Shown: piece after piece, positions 46,417 through 55,494 of the stretch
Layout of the letters: the number at the start of each line of letters is the position of its first letter
How positions within the stretch are numbered: position 1 is the first letter of the stretch
Source of the DNA: a virus
Taxonomy: Duplodnaviria > Caudoviricetes
Virus record (IMG/VR): IMGVR_UViG_3300003332_000022
Span: 1 to 57,657 of that record
DNA: 57,657 nt
Strand: one strand, 5' to 3'
Notes under the pieces: generated by a model
What the model was told of the DNA's origin: nothing
Database searches by the model: none
The model's input: the letters and a program-made list of their open reading frames with translations, nothing else
Made by a program: the position numbers and the translations under genes

Positions 46417-47343
46417 CTATATCTCCACATCGTGATTATAAAGTACAGAAGCGTAATTTCCACGCTCCATAAGTTTCCTGATGACAAAAATATCATCAAG
46501 TACATCATCCAGCATCAATTTTGTCCTCCAAGTTGCTACTCTCCCAAGAGAGTATATATTATGTTTAAGAGTTAAGTCGAGAATCAATTTAGATCGAATT
46601 TTATTATCAATAGTAACCATCTTGCCAACTTCTTGTTTGTGGTTTATTAACAATTCTCCATCCAGATCATTTTCATTTATTCCAAGTGAATTAAATACTA
46701 ATCCAAAATCTCCATCACTTGCTTCCAATGGATCTATACTCTCAATAATAAGAATATCCCCATTCAAAGTTGCCCTATATACTTTTTGGAGATCACTTGG
46801 ATAATAAATAGTAGCATGAGAATCACAATCCTTGATCTTGAACTTGGTTACATAAATAGATTTATGATGTATATTGCCAATCATAGTATGCATGGAATCA
46901 GTTTCTTGGAGCATTTCTTGAAGCGGAAGTGTATTGATAATCTGATCATCCCATTCATTATTCCACAGATTGCTCTTGTTAAATGCAACCTGGCAACTCT
47001 TCTTCCACAAAACATCATAAAAATTTTCCGGTGGGATATATCTGATTTCACTATCTATATTTGATATACTCCGATTTGAAATTGTTCCAGATACCTTTTT
47101 TGAATACATATGAATCATATCAGGAGTTGGGCCAACATTCTTTTCACCATACCAGATAGATTTATTCACCTGAACTTTCTTGAATCTTATTCCCAAGAAT
47201 TCTCCAATCTTATTTGTTTTCATTCTAAGCAAAGCTTGGTGTTTCATTCTGCATTCTTCTTTTGTTTTGTGTTCATAAATGATCGCATCTTTAAAAACGC
47301 AACCTGCCAATAATCCTGTAAATCCTGCTCCTAGTATTATCAT
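46417..47343 (-). CDS. FAD/NAD(P)-dependent oxidoreductase
   Basis: IILGAGFTGLLAG Rossmann motif; C-terminal IYSLGRVATWR. Confidence 0.8.
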   Translation of the reverse strand: MIILGAGFTGLLAGCVFKDAIIYEHKTKEECRMKHQALLRMKTNKIGEFLGIRFKKVQVNKSIWYGEKNVGPTPDMIHMYSKKVSGTISNRSISNIDSEIRYIPPENFYDVLWKKSCQVAFNKSNLWNNEWDDQIINTLPLQEMLQETDSMHTMIGNIHHKSIYVTKFKIKDCDSHATIYYPSDLQKVYRATLNGDILIIESIDPLEASDGDFGLVFNSLGINENDLDGELLINHKQEVGKMVTIDNKIRSKLILDLTLKHNIYSLGRVATWRTKLMLDDVLDDIFVIRKLMERGNYASVLYNHDVEI

Positions 47344-47504
47344 TTTTTAGTCCTTGCTAGAGTTATAACTAACCAAGTTGGTCCACCTGACTCAGAATCA
47401 TAAGCACATTGCGCTAATATTATAATGTTATAATCATGCCTCCATTGATTCAATTTCTTTTGGCATTCAGATGGGATTCCTTCAATTATTTTATATTCTG
47501 GCAT
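47340..47504 (-). CDS. Hypothetical protein (54 aa)
   Basis: AGGAG SD, MPEYKIIEG...; stop overlaps the next ATG. Confidence 0.5.
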   Translation of the reverse strand: MPEYKIIEGIPSECQKKLNQWRHDYNIIILAQCAYDSESGGPTWLVITLARTKK

Positions 47505-47513
47505 TTTATCTCC

Positions 47514-49073
47514 TTAAAATTCACTATCTTTAATATCAATATACTTCCCTGATTCATTAACTAAAATTCTTCTTGGAGTAGCCAAGGCAACATCCGCTGT
47601 TAGGGCAGCTAACCTAGCAGTTTTTGGCATTTCTATATCTGCTCTCCTGTTCCACCAATGCTTAGCCATATATGTTGCTCTACCTCCATGTTCTATAGCT
47701 ACGAGTTTATCAAATCTTCTTATCCCACAAATGTGAGTTGCTTTTAGCATTGGAATCCCTCTTCCACTCATATACCAACTATATTCCATCTTATCTACTG
47801 TAAACCAATTATTCTCAGATACTACACTTTGGGTCCCTGATTTCATAGTAAGATGGTGTTTAAAAGTAAAAGGATGTAAGCACGAAGGGCAAGTCCTACA
47901 AGCAATATGGACAATCTCCTGGCAATTATCGCAAACTTTCATAATTGCCTCACCACCTCCCCCTGTTCCTTTTACTACTATAACTGGAGCATCAATTGGA
48001 CCATTTCTTAAAAGATTTCCAGCATAATCTAAAACCAAACAATCTTCTTTTTTAGAAGACACCCTCATTCCTCTTAAAATAATTTGGCAATGAAGTGGAG
48101 CACTAGCGGTAGATCTCAACAAGGCTATTAGGTCAACTTCTGGAATATCAACTCCTGTAGTTAACATAGCTACTGAAACCAAAGCCTGATATTGATTACT
48201 TTCTCTAAAATTTGAAATTATTGAGTTTCTATCAATACCTGTTTGCGAGTGAACAACTCTTGATCTAATTCCTACTTCATTTAATTTACTACAGATATGT
48301 TCGCAATGCTCTATATCAATAGCATAAACTAACCATTTCTTTCTTACATCTTTATAAGCGTATAAATCCTTGATTATTTCAGAAGTTATTCCCTCTCTAT
48401 CAAATGCCAAAGACAATTCTTTTATTATAAAATCTCCAGCTTGCTGTTTTATCTGACTCGCATCTAAAGTAATACCAGGTTGTTTACTGGTTATTCTACA
48501 GAGTCTAGGTGGGTTTTGCTCTTGAAGTTCTTTTATTCTTATGGTATAAATTATATCTGTAAAATAAGCATTTTCTGCTAAATGCAAATAACCAGTAACA
48601 TTCCTAAATGGAGTTGCTGTAAAACCAATAGTAGGTTTCTTTATTTTATCTAGGAATGTTCTGTATCTACTTTTGGCTCTATTACCTACTTTGTGAGCTT
48701 CATCTACTATTATAAGATTGAAATCTTTAAATAAATCAACCTTATTATAAATAGATTGAATCCCTGCTACAGTTATATTTTTAATTGTTTTACTTCTTAG
48801 CCCTGAAGAATACAATCCTATCTCTCTATCTGGAATTTGCTCTGAGATAGTTTTATGATTTTGAGATAATATCTCTTGGTCATCAGATAGGATTAATATT
48901 TTCTGTTTTGGCCATTTACTTAAAACAATTCTGCAAAATTCTGAAAATATAACTGTTTTGCCTGATCCACCCGGAGCAGATATTAGCGGATTGCCTTTTT
49001 TACCAGAATTAAAGTAATTGAAAATAGCATCAATAGCTTCAATTTGGTAATCGAATGGTTTATAAAGTGACAT
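47514..49073 (-). CDS. SF2 DEAH helicase (RadD/YejH-like) with zinc finger
   Basis: PGGSGKT, DEAH, TATP, LTTGVD, Q...RGMR, C..C...C..C. Confidence 0.9.
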   Translation of the reverse strand: MSLYKPFDYQIEAIDAIFNYFNSGKKGNPLISAPGGSGKTVIFSEFCRIVLSKWPKQKILILSDDQEILSQNHKTISEQIPDREIGLYSSGLRSKTIKNITVAGIQSIYNKVDLFKDFNLIIVDEAHKVGNRAKSRYRTFLDKIKKPTIGFTATPFRNVTGYLHLAENAYFTDIIYTIRIKELQEQNPPRLCRITSKQPGITLDASQIKQQAGDFIIKELSLAFDREGITSEIIKDLYAYKDVRKKWLVYAIDIEHCEHICSKLNEVGIRSRVVHSQTGIDRNSIISNFRESNQYQALVSVAMLTTGVDIPEVDLIALLRSTASAPLHCQIILRGMRVSSKKEDCLVLDYAGNLLRNGPIDAPVIVVKGTGGGGEAIMKVCDNCQEIVHIACRTCPSCLHPFTFKHHLTMKSGTQSVVSENNWFTVDKMEYSWYMSGRGIPMLKATHICGIRRFDKLVAIEHGGRATYMAKHWWNRRADIEMPKTARLAALTADVALATPRRILVNESGKYIDIKDSEF

Positions 49074-49079
49074 ATTAGG

Positions 49080-49904
49080 TTATTTCTTTAAAATGTTCAT
49101 TATGGCATATCTTCTACAAGCTTTTAATTGCTGGTCAAAAGTCAGTTCCAGATTAGAAAATCTACTACATTCCCATACGCCATCATCACATATATCGCAA
49201 TAAGTACAAGTTCTACATGTTTTTAAAGGTTCTGCACCCATGTGGCAAATATCATAAAATTTACACCACTTACATTCATACCAAGTAGGGCCACCTATTT
49301 TAGCAGGAGGCACTTCTGTGGAAATAATATCCATGCCTTTTTTGATTAACTCTTTTGCGTGCGCATTATCACTTTCAAATCTCCAATAAATACGGCTATC
49401 ATCATTTTTGTTTACTACTATATATAAGGTTCTTTTCAACTTTCCTAAATACATATAAGTACAAATTTGACCATAATATGATTGACTAAACTCCCTTAAC
49501 CCTACTTTTTTTAACTTTTTGAAATTTTTATCGTTTGCGGTCTTAATTTCTAATAAATGATCTGTTTTTGGAGCATCTGGTACATTTCCCACTACTCCAT
49601 CACTATGGCCTTTGATATGACCCTGGCCGCAGATATATGTTTCCTGCTTAGATATAATATTAATACCAATGGCTTCTAAATCCGCTATTACAATGGGTTC
49701 TTCTCTATGCCCACGACTCAAAAGCCTAACATTTCTTGCTCCTAATTCTTCTTGAGCGCATAACCTAAAAGCATACCATAGCTTTCTGTTACATTTATCC
49801 CCTATACCAGAAAGACCTAAATATGATCTTAAATCATTTTTGATCATTTTGTCTTCTATTTCAATTTCAGTTTTTAATCTTAAATCTGATGGTATTTTTG
49901 CCAT
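49080..49904 (-). CDS. Cas4-like PD-(D/E)XK exonuclease
   Basis: S.IG..C.RKLWY.FR, GHSDG, LEIKT, Q...YM, CKWC.F..IC. Confidence 0.85.
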   Translation of the reverse strand: MAKIPSDLRLKTEIEIEDKMIKNDLRSYLGLSGIGDKCNRKLWYAFRLCAQEELGARNVRLLSRGHREEPIVIADLEAIGINIISKQETYICGQGHIKGHSDGVVGNVPDAPKTDHLLEIKTANDKNFKKLKKVGLREFSQSYYGQICTYMYLGKLKRTLYIVVNKNDDSRIYWRFESDNAHAKELIKKGMDIISTEVPPAKIGGPTWYECKWCKFYDICHMGAEPLKTCRTCTYCDICDDGVWECSRFSNLELTFDQQLKACRRYAIMNILKK

Positions 49905-49911
49905 TTTATCC

Positions 49912-50274
49912 TTATACTGAATTTAAATACGCCAAATATTCTTTTGCGCATTTTTCATGAAGTGATTCATTATTAAAAGTATATTCTCCACAATTTGGGC
50001 ATTTTCCTGTAGGCTCAGGCAAGCTTTCATCTAACTCTATATATTCAAATCCTGGAACAAACTGAACAATAGTTGGATCTACTATTAACCCATCTTCTGT
50101 TTTTAACCACCAATGTTCTGATAGGCCATCTAGTGGGCAATTATAATGTCCTCTAACTAAAACCAGCTCAGGAAATATAGCCTTCATCTTCTTAGAATGA
50201 ATTTCACATGTCCCATAGGCTTTGTTCTTATTTAGATTGAGGCCATCAATATAATTTTTATATTTTTTATTCAT
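49912..50274 (-). CDS. Hypothetical protein (transglutaminase-like C/H/D pattern and Zn finger)
   Basis: GTC...EHWWL...IVDPT..QF; CPNC...H..C. Confidence 0.55.
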   Translation of the reverse strand: MNKKYKNYIDGLNLNKNKAYGTCEIHSKKMKAIFPELVLVRGHYNCPLDGLSEHWWLKTEDGLIVDPTIVQFVPGFEYIELDESLPEPTGKCPNCGEYTFNNESLHEKCAKEYLAYLNSV

Positions 50275-50348
50275 TTTAACCTTTTGAGTTTTAAAATTAA
50301 TGAACCAATAGAGCCACCCTTGGGTGACCCAAATTCACGCATTAATTA

Positions 50349-50849
50349 TTATTCTTCCCAACCTGGATCTTCTGTTTCTTCTACAACAGGCTTTCTTGCG
50401 GCAGCTGCTTTCTTTGGAGCTGCTTTCTTTTTATTCGGGTTGGCCTGAATTCCAAGAGCTGCGTATCCAGAAGTAATATTTTGAGCAGGATAATCACCTT
50501 TTGCTGCTTTAATTCTAACTTTTACAGTCATTGGGATTCCATGAAGCTCAACAGTATCCTGTACCTGGGCTTTCCCACACGCTCGACATATAGTAGCCAG
50601 TTCCTTATTAGCAATCTCTACTGCTATTGGATTCGCATTAATCACATTAAGGTTTGTCCAAATTTTCCTTCCTTTGAACTCTCCTTGAATGATAGACATC
50701 TCAAACTTGATATACTTCCCTTTCTTATCTTTTGTGGTAACCAGATCTGAATTGGTAATCTGCATAGCATAATCACCTTGAGGTACTGGATCAAAGTTGG
50801 ACATGTCATCGAACTGGTTGCTATCAAAAGCGTTTTGTAATTTTGCCAT
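50349..50849 (-). CDS. Single-stranded DNA-binding protein (DUF669-like)
   Basis: VP.GDY, GEFKGRKIW..LN, acidic tail; adjacent to Sak4. Confidence 0.8.
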   Translation of the reverse strand: MAKLQNAFDSNQFDDMSNFDPVPQGDYAMQITNSDLVTTKDKKGKYIKFEMSIIQGEFKGRKIWTNLNVINANPIAVEIANKELATICRACGKAQVQDTVELHGIPMTVKVRIKAAKGDYPAQNITSGYAALGIQANPNKKKAAPKKAAAARKPVVEETEDPGWEE

Positions 50850-50917
50850 TTTTATCCTTTTTTTAAATTATGGTTTAAACTTATTTGCCTAAATTTTACT
50901 CGCCTTGATTTTTTTTA

Positions 50918-51880
50918 CTAATCTTCTACTTCATACTCTTCTTCACTTTCTCCCATTGAAGCTTCAGCAGCTGAATCCATGTCCTCTTCTTCAACCTCTT
51001 CTTCCTCGACTTCTTCATCAGGGATTTCTTCAACCTCACTCTCTTCAACTTCTTCAGATACTTCCTCTTCAACTTCTTCTGTTTCCTCTTCTGTTTCTAA
51101 AGATTCATCAGTATCCTCAAAAGATCCTTCCACTTCAATTTCTTCTTCATCTGATTCTATTACTTCTTCAGCTTCTTTGGCAATTACCACTTCCTCTATA
51201 ATCTCATCAGAAAGAGCTTTATCGAAAATTGCTGTCAAATCTGCTTCTTCAGTAGGTTCCATTCTACCACCACGAGCTTTCGCAGTATATTGGATATCAG
51301 ATTCAGTCTGGAGAAATCGAAACTTCCCTCCATCTTCTTCTTGACCTACTCTTAGAACAAAGCAGAAATCAAATAGATAAGGTAGCTGAGGACCCAGTTG
51401 CTGACCAGGCATAGATGGTCCATAACTCGTTATCCCAGTAAAATCATCGTGCATTCTTCTTAACTTTGCTGTAAAATAAACATGTTTCCCTTCTATGTCC
51501 CTGAATTTTTTGATCATAGGTAGAAGTTTATCAGCATAAGCTCCATAAGCTTGTCTTGGATCTGCTCCACATTTTTCCTTCTCTTCAGATAAAACAGTTT
51601 CTGCTATATCAGAGATAGAATCCAGACAGATTGTTTCAAACCTACTCGCTCTTTTGTCTGAAGTTACAAAGGTGTAAGCATCCTCTAAATCTTCAAATGT
51701 CTTTATTTCAATAACTGGTATCTTCTGATCTTTTAAAGTCAACAATCCCTTTTCCGCTGAGATAATAAGCGGTTTAGGTGCGGTCTTTATAAGAAAAGTT
51801 TTACCAACGCCACTTTCTCCATATACTAATGCTTTAACATAAGCAGCGGATTCAGCGGTTGTGGTTAATCTTATTGCCAT
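50918..51880 (-). CDS. Sak4-like AAA ATPase/recombinase with a long acidic tail
   Basis: YGESGVGKT, SAEKGL, ICLDSISD, LPYLFD. Confidence 0.85.
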   Translation of the reverse strand: MAIRLTTTAESAAYVKALVYGESGVGKTFLIKTAPKPLIISAEKGLLTLKDQKIPVIEIKTFEDLEDAYTFVTSDKRASRFETICLDSISDIAETVLSEEKEKCGADPRQAYGAYADKLLPMIKKFRDIEGKHVYFTAKLRRMHDDFTGITSYGPSMPGQQLGPQLPYLFDFCFVLRVGQEEDGGKFRFLQTESDIQYTAKARGGRMEPTEEADLTAIFDKALSDEIIEEVVIAKEAEEVIESDEEEIEVEGSFEDTDESLETEEETEEVEEEVSEEVEESEVEEIPDEEVEEEEVEEEDMDSAAEASMGESEEEYEVED

Positions 51881-52254
51881 TATTCCTCGATATGTTTAAT
51901 TTTTAATGAAGGGGTACCAGGCTTTGATTCTACAGCTTGGTGTAGGATGGAATCTTCTGGCAACTCTTTATACTTCTTAGCAACCAGTTTAGGATCATAT
52001 TTTATACAGCCTTTTTCCTCCTTGTTTAATTTGTGGAAAATTTCTTTGAGAATATCAACATCAAACTTTTGACTTAGTTTAGCTGTAGCAGCCGCATCTA
52101 AACCAAATTTCTTAAAATGGGTAGTTCCTTTGATTTGATCTTTAAGGATCTCTTCGCAAATTTCTTTTCGCAAAACCATCTCATTTTCTTTTGCGACATC
52201 TAATTCAATTTTTGCTTCTTCCCATTGGAGTAAAGTTTTCTTTTTTAGAGACAT
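51880..52254 (-). CDS. Conserved phage protein of the recombination module
   Basis: AKENEMVLRKEI...KPGTPSLKI; directly upstream of Sak4. Confidence 0.65.
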   Translation of the reverse strand: MSLKKKTLLQWEEAKIELDVAKENEMVLRKEICEEILKDQIKGTTHFKKFGLDAAATAKLSQKFDVDILKEIFHKLNKEEKGCIKYDPKLVAKKYKELPEDSILHQAVESKPGTPSLKIKHIEE

Positions 52255-52433
52255 TTAGTTCCATGGTTTAAAAAGGTTATTAGAGAATCAACTAAATCAG
52301 GATCACCTCTAAAAAATATTATAGCAATCATAATTATAATAGTAAAGCTCAAAATAGCATGAAGAAACATATTCCAAAATCGTTCAGCAAAATCATTCTC
52401 TGCTAGTATTTCATCTTTCTCTTCTCTATTCAT
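52245..52433 (-). CDS. Small membrane protein
   Basis: TM helix followed by GDPDLVDSLI. Confidence 0.55.
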   Translation of the reverse strand: MNREEKDEILAENDFAERFWNMFLHAILSFTIIIMIAIIFFRGDPDLVDSLITFLNHGTKCL

Positions 52434-52504
52434 TATTTTTTTTTAGGGTTAATATTAATTAAAAATTAGCCTAAAACATTTGTATACACCCTGAAATAAT
52501 CTTG

Positions 52505-52568
52505 ATAAATAAGATTATATATAAGTAATAGGGTATTTTTTAATATCTATTTAAAGGCTTTTTTAAAC
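52505..52568. repeat. Dispersed intergenic element, copy 5 (inverted, degenerate)
   Basis: Minus strand GTTTAAAA-N25-TACCCTATTACTTA. Confidence 0.5.
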
Positions 52569-52643
52569 TTTGATTTTTTTAAATTTTGGATACTACTGAC
52601 TATTTGCCAGTAGTATTGTTTTACTGCCGATTTTTGCTAAAGA

Positions 52644-53225
52644 CTATTCGTCACCCCAGTCTTCATCTTCATCTTTTTTAACTACTTTTTTGCCTTTTTT
52701 TGGCAATTTCTTGGGAGATTTGACAGGCTTATCTTCTTTTGCCTTTTCTACTTTTGCTTTTTCTTTGGCCTTTTCTGCCTTTTCTGCTGCTTTTGCTTTT
52801 GCATCAGCTTTAACAATCGCAGCACCTTTAGCATTATTTTCACCATTACCTTTTGACTTCTTAAAAGCCATCCGAATAACTGCCTGATTTGGCCCTTCGA
52901 AAACAAGAGTTACACCAGAATGATGAGGCTCAATTTTTGCTCCTTCCCTAACTGTAATATCTTCAATGGCCATCCGGTTAGCGATTTCAGCCATATACTT
53001 TTCACTGTTTGCGCTAATTTTCATAAAGCACCTTCCATCACGAGCAGGACTGGCTTTGATTGCTGCCCTTCCTTTTTTGATTACTTCGCCTGTCTTTTCA
53101 TCAACAGTATCAGGAATAGCAGCTTGATCTGGAATAGCAGGTCTAGCTTTTTGATTAGTCATACTAACTAATCTTGCTACGTTTGAAGGTACATTCATAT
53201 CACTTGCTTCTTTTTTAATTTCCAT
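52644..53225 (-). CDS. Lys/Ala-rich putative DNA-binding protein with acidic Trp tail
   Basis: KAKAAEKAEKAKEKAK...KKPKK...DEDEDWGDE; own promoter. Confidence 0.65.
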   Translation of the reverse strand: MEIKKEASDMNVPSNVARLVSMTNQKARPAIPDQAAIPDTVDEKTGEVIKKGRAAIKASPARDGRCFMKISANSEKYMAEIANRMAIEDITVREGAKIEPHHSGVTLVFEGPNQAVIRMAFKKSKGNGENNAKGAAIVKADAKAKAAEKAEKAKEKAKVEKAKEDKPVKSPKKLPKKGKKVVKKDEDEDWGDE

Positions 53226-53285
53226 TTTTCATCCTAGGCTTTTTGGTTTTAAAAAACTTTCTGAATTCTGAACCTATAAAATTAT

Positions 53286-53314
53286 ACTATATAGGTTTAA
53301 CTTAAATAAGTAAA
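53286..53314 (-). promoter_or_regulatory. Sigma70-type promoter TTTACT-17-TATAGT
   Basis: Promoter family member. Confidence 0.6.
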
Positions 53315-53348
53315 GATAAAAATTACTGTTAACGAAAATAATTCATCG

Positions 53349-53654
53349 TTAAGATCCTTGGTATGCCAACCCTCTTCTCATCCTAAATTTAGATGCTTGC
53401 CGCTTGGTTGGCTCTATTTTTACTGCGGCACAAAAAGCTTTAAATTTTTCTAGCTTCGCAAACTCAACATTATCCAAATTTCCTCTGTGTCCTATTAAAG
53501 ATTCAGCAGCCTTTTTTCTGGGGTTGCTATTAATCATTCCTGTAATTCTTTTGATTCCTATTTCTTTTGTAGCAAACTTTTTAATATCTTTGCCCTTGTT
53601 CATACTATTATAAATATTAACAAGTTCAGACATTGTTTTATTAGTAAGTACCAT
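53349..53654 (-). CDS. Hypothetical basic protein
   Basis: ELVNIYN...KKFATK and PTKRQASKFRM.RG segments. Confidence 0.6.
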   Translation of the reverse strand: MVLTNKTMSELVNIYNSMNKGKDIKKFATKEIGIKRITGMINSNPRKKAAESLIGHRGNLDNVEFAKLEKFKAFCAAVKIEPTKRQASKFRMRRGLAYQGS

Positions 53655-53656
53655 TA

Positions 53657-53833
53657 CTATTCTCCCATAAGGAATTTATCAGTTTCACAACTAGATAGTC
53701 TACCTATTTCAAATTCAGGCAATCTATCTATTATTTCTATCTTGCCACCATTAGCAAGATAGTACTCAACAGCTTTGTTAATTTCAGCTCTATTTGGTTT
53801 GTGCTTTTTCTTTTGACCACGCCTTTTTGCCAT
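53657..53833 (-). CDS. Second SutA-like motif protein (58 aa)
   Basis: PNRAEINKAVEYYLANGGKIEII; below the ORF-track cutoff. Confidence 0.55.
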   Translation of the reverse strand: MAKRRGQKKKHKPNRAEINKAVEYYLANGGKIEIIDRLPEFEIGRLSSCETDKFLMGE

Positions 53834-53863
53834 TTTTACCTTCCAACTGAAGTTATGCTATCT

Positions 53864-54064
53864 TCATTTACCTGAAAAAACTAAATCAGTTTCTTTAATT
53901 GGATTAGAAGATGGAAATTGGATATCAACTGGTTCATAACTTTTTATTCCATCTATAGAGAATGCATATTCAAATTTAAACTTTTTGCCAATGGAGTTAT
54001 CTAAATAAGATGCGTGTACTCCCTTTGGCGAATAAATAGCGGTTATTTTAGCCATATTATTCAT
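53864..54064 (-). CDS. Hypothetical protein
   Basis: Coupled ORF. Confidence 0.5.
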   Translation of the reverse strand: MNNMAKITAIYSPKGVHASYLDNSIGKKFKFEYAFSIDGIKSYEPVDIQFPSSNPIKETDLVFSGK

Positions 54065-54290
54065 TATCCTTTAAATCAACTACCATTAACTTCCTGAGCT
54101 TAGAATATCTAATCTCAACTTCTGAAATGTTTCTATCTTTTTCAAGATCTTGTTTGTTGCAATATCTTCCACTATGTTGATGATTAATAGATGCTACGAC
54201 AAAATCTTTATTAGAGTTGAAAACTTCTAAAACTTCCGCTTTTGATTTATAATCCCTTCCATAAGCGGGTGTTACAATTATCCAAGACAT
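54057..54290 (-). CDS. Hypothetical phage protein
   Basis: TPAYGRDYKSKAEV...F...KDF motif seen in environmental phage early genes. Confidence 0.65.
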   Translation of the reverse strand: MSWIIVTPAYGRDYKSKAEVLEVFNSNKDFVVASINHQHSGRYCNKQDLEKDRNISEVEIRYSKLRKLMVVDLKDNE

Positions 54291-54625
54291 TTACCCTCCA
54301 TATAATCTAATAATTCATCAATAGTTGACCTTCCACAAAGAGTTGTGCTATCCATAATATCCTTTAATCTATTTTTTATGCTTTTGTGAATCTCATACTT
54401 CAATTCGCAAATCCTTATTGCTGGATGGATTGTAAGCATAGTATCTCCAGAAAATACCAAGGAAGACATACAAATATAATCTGGGCTGTCACTAGAATAG
54501 CGGGCAATGTATTCAATAAAAGATTCTTTTTCGCAAACATATAAATCAAACTTCCCATGATTGTATATGTCTTCTGTTCCGAGAAAAATACACAAATCAC
54601 AATCGTGTTTATATAAAGGAGTCAT
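54278..54625 (-). CDS. Hypothetical phage protein
   Basis: P.YKHDCD.C.FLG...DLY.C...IARY. Confidence 0.65.
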   Translation of the reverse strand: MTPLYKHDCDLCIFLGTEDIYNHGKFDLYVCEKESFIEYIARYSSDSPDYICMSSLVFSGDTMLTIHPAIRICELKYEIHKSIKNRLKDIMDSTTLCGRSTIDELLDYMEGKCLG

Positions 54626-55320
54626 TATGCCTCCACCTGAGTGTTTAGACTAATTTGTTGACCATCTGTAAAACCATCTCTTGCTATTCTATGATCTCTA
54701 ACTTTTGCACTGCTTGGATTACCTGACATTACATCCATGCTTTCTTTTATCCAATTAAAAATATCCTTAGTCTCATCAAGTACTGCTAGGTCGGTTGATC
54801 CAGAATATTGCTTTACCAACTCTTCTCTTTGAGCTCTTAGCTTTTCACTCAGTCCATGGGTTAAGCCAGTAAGATAAGTATTCTTGTATTTAGTTCCTTT
54901 TAAATCATTTTGATATTTATACTCTTGCCAACGATTATCGAATTCCCCCATAAGCCAAGGTTGCATGTAGCAAGCTATCTTAACATTGTGAGATTTCCCA
55001 TATATCTTAATAGCTCTGAAGCCATTATAGTCTTTGTGGATAATAATCTTAACATTATAAAAATTTTGGATTATACTATTGACAGAGTTTTCAGCTAGAG
55101 AAGATTTCATCATAGCAAAAATCTCTTCTCCAACTACATATTTTTTATCAGGATCTTTACTTTCAACTTGAGACATATCCAAGTTATATTTATCTAACAA
55201 TTTTTGAGCCTGAAGCATTGCTGTATCTCTTTCTGCTTCAGTTGACCCTCTTTCAGATAGCTCCATAATCTTTCTGATTTTCTCAAGGATCTTCTCTGTT
55301 GCCTCTTCGTTGTTTTCCAT
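54625..55320 (-). CDS. DUF2786-domain protein
   Basis: EKIRKIMELS...EAERDTAM..AQKLLDKYNL; C-terminal G..DG..I.L. Confidence 0.8.
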   Translation of the reverse strand: MENNEEATEKILEKIRKIMELSERGSTEAERDTAMLQAQKLLDKYNLDMSQVESKDPDKKYVVGEEIFAMMKSSLAENSVNSIIQNFYNVKIIIHKDYNGFRAIKIYGKSHNVKIACYMQPWLMGEFDNRWQEYKYQNDLKGTKYKNTYLTGLTHGLSEKLRAQREELVKQYSGSTDLAVLDETKDIFNWIKESMDVMSGNPSSAKVRDHRIARDGFTDGQQISLNTQVEA

Positions 55321-55374
55321 AATTCCTCTTTTTTGAGTTTTTAAATTTTTTGATTTCTTACTCTCTATAATTAT

Positions 55375-55403
55375 ATACTAATCCAGAAATATTGAAAAGT
55401 AAA
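55375..55403 (-). promoter_or_regulatory. Sigma70-type promoter TTTACT-17-TAGTAT
   Basis: Promoter family member; IHF consensus match AATCAGTAGCTTA (minus strand) at 55464-55476. Confidence 0.65.
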
Positions 55404-55494
55404 GGATTGAAATGGTTTATTATTATATTCTCCAATATTTCTTTTATTAGTATATATCATATATAAGCTACTGATTTAATTAACTTTTTAAAGT

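Noticed and set aside
49080-49904. Cas4-like gene as evidence of a CRISPR-Cas system
   Set aside because: It lies in the Sak4/SSB/helicase recombination module, a usual place for stand-alone phage Cas4-like nucleases.
50905-51344. Leu-rich and Ser-rich plus-strand ORFs
   Set aside because: Antisense products of the GAA-rich acidic tail of Sak4.
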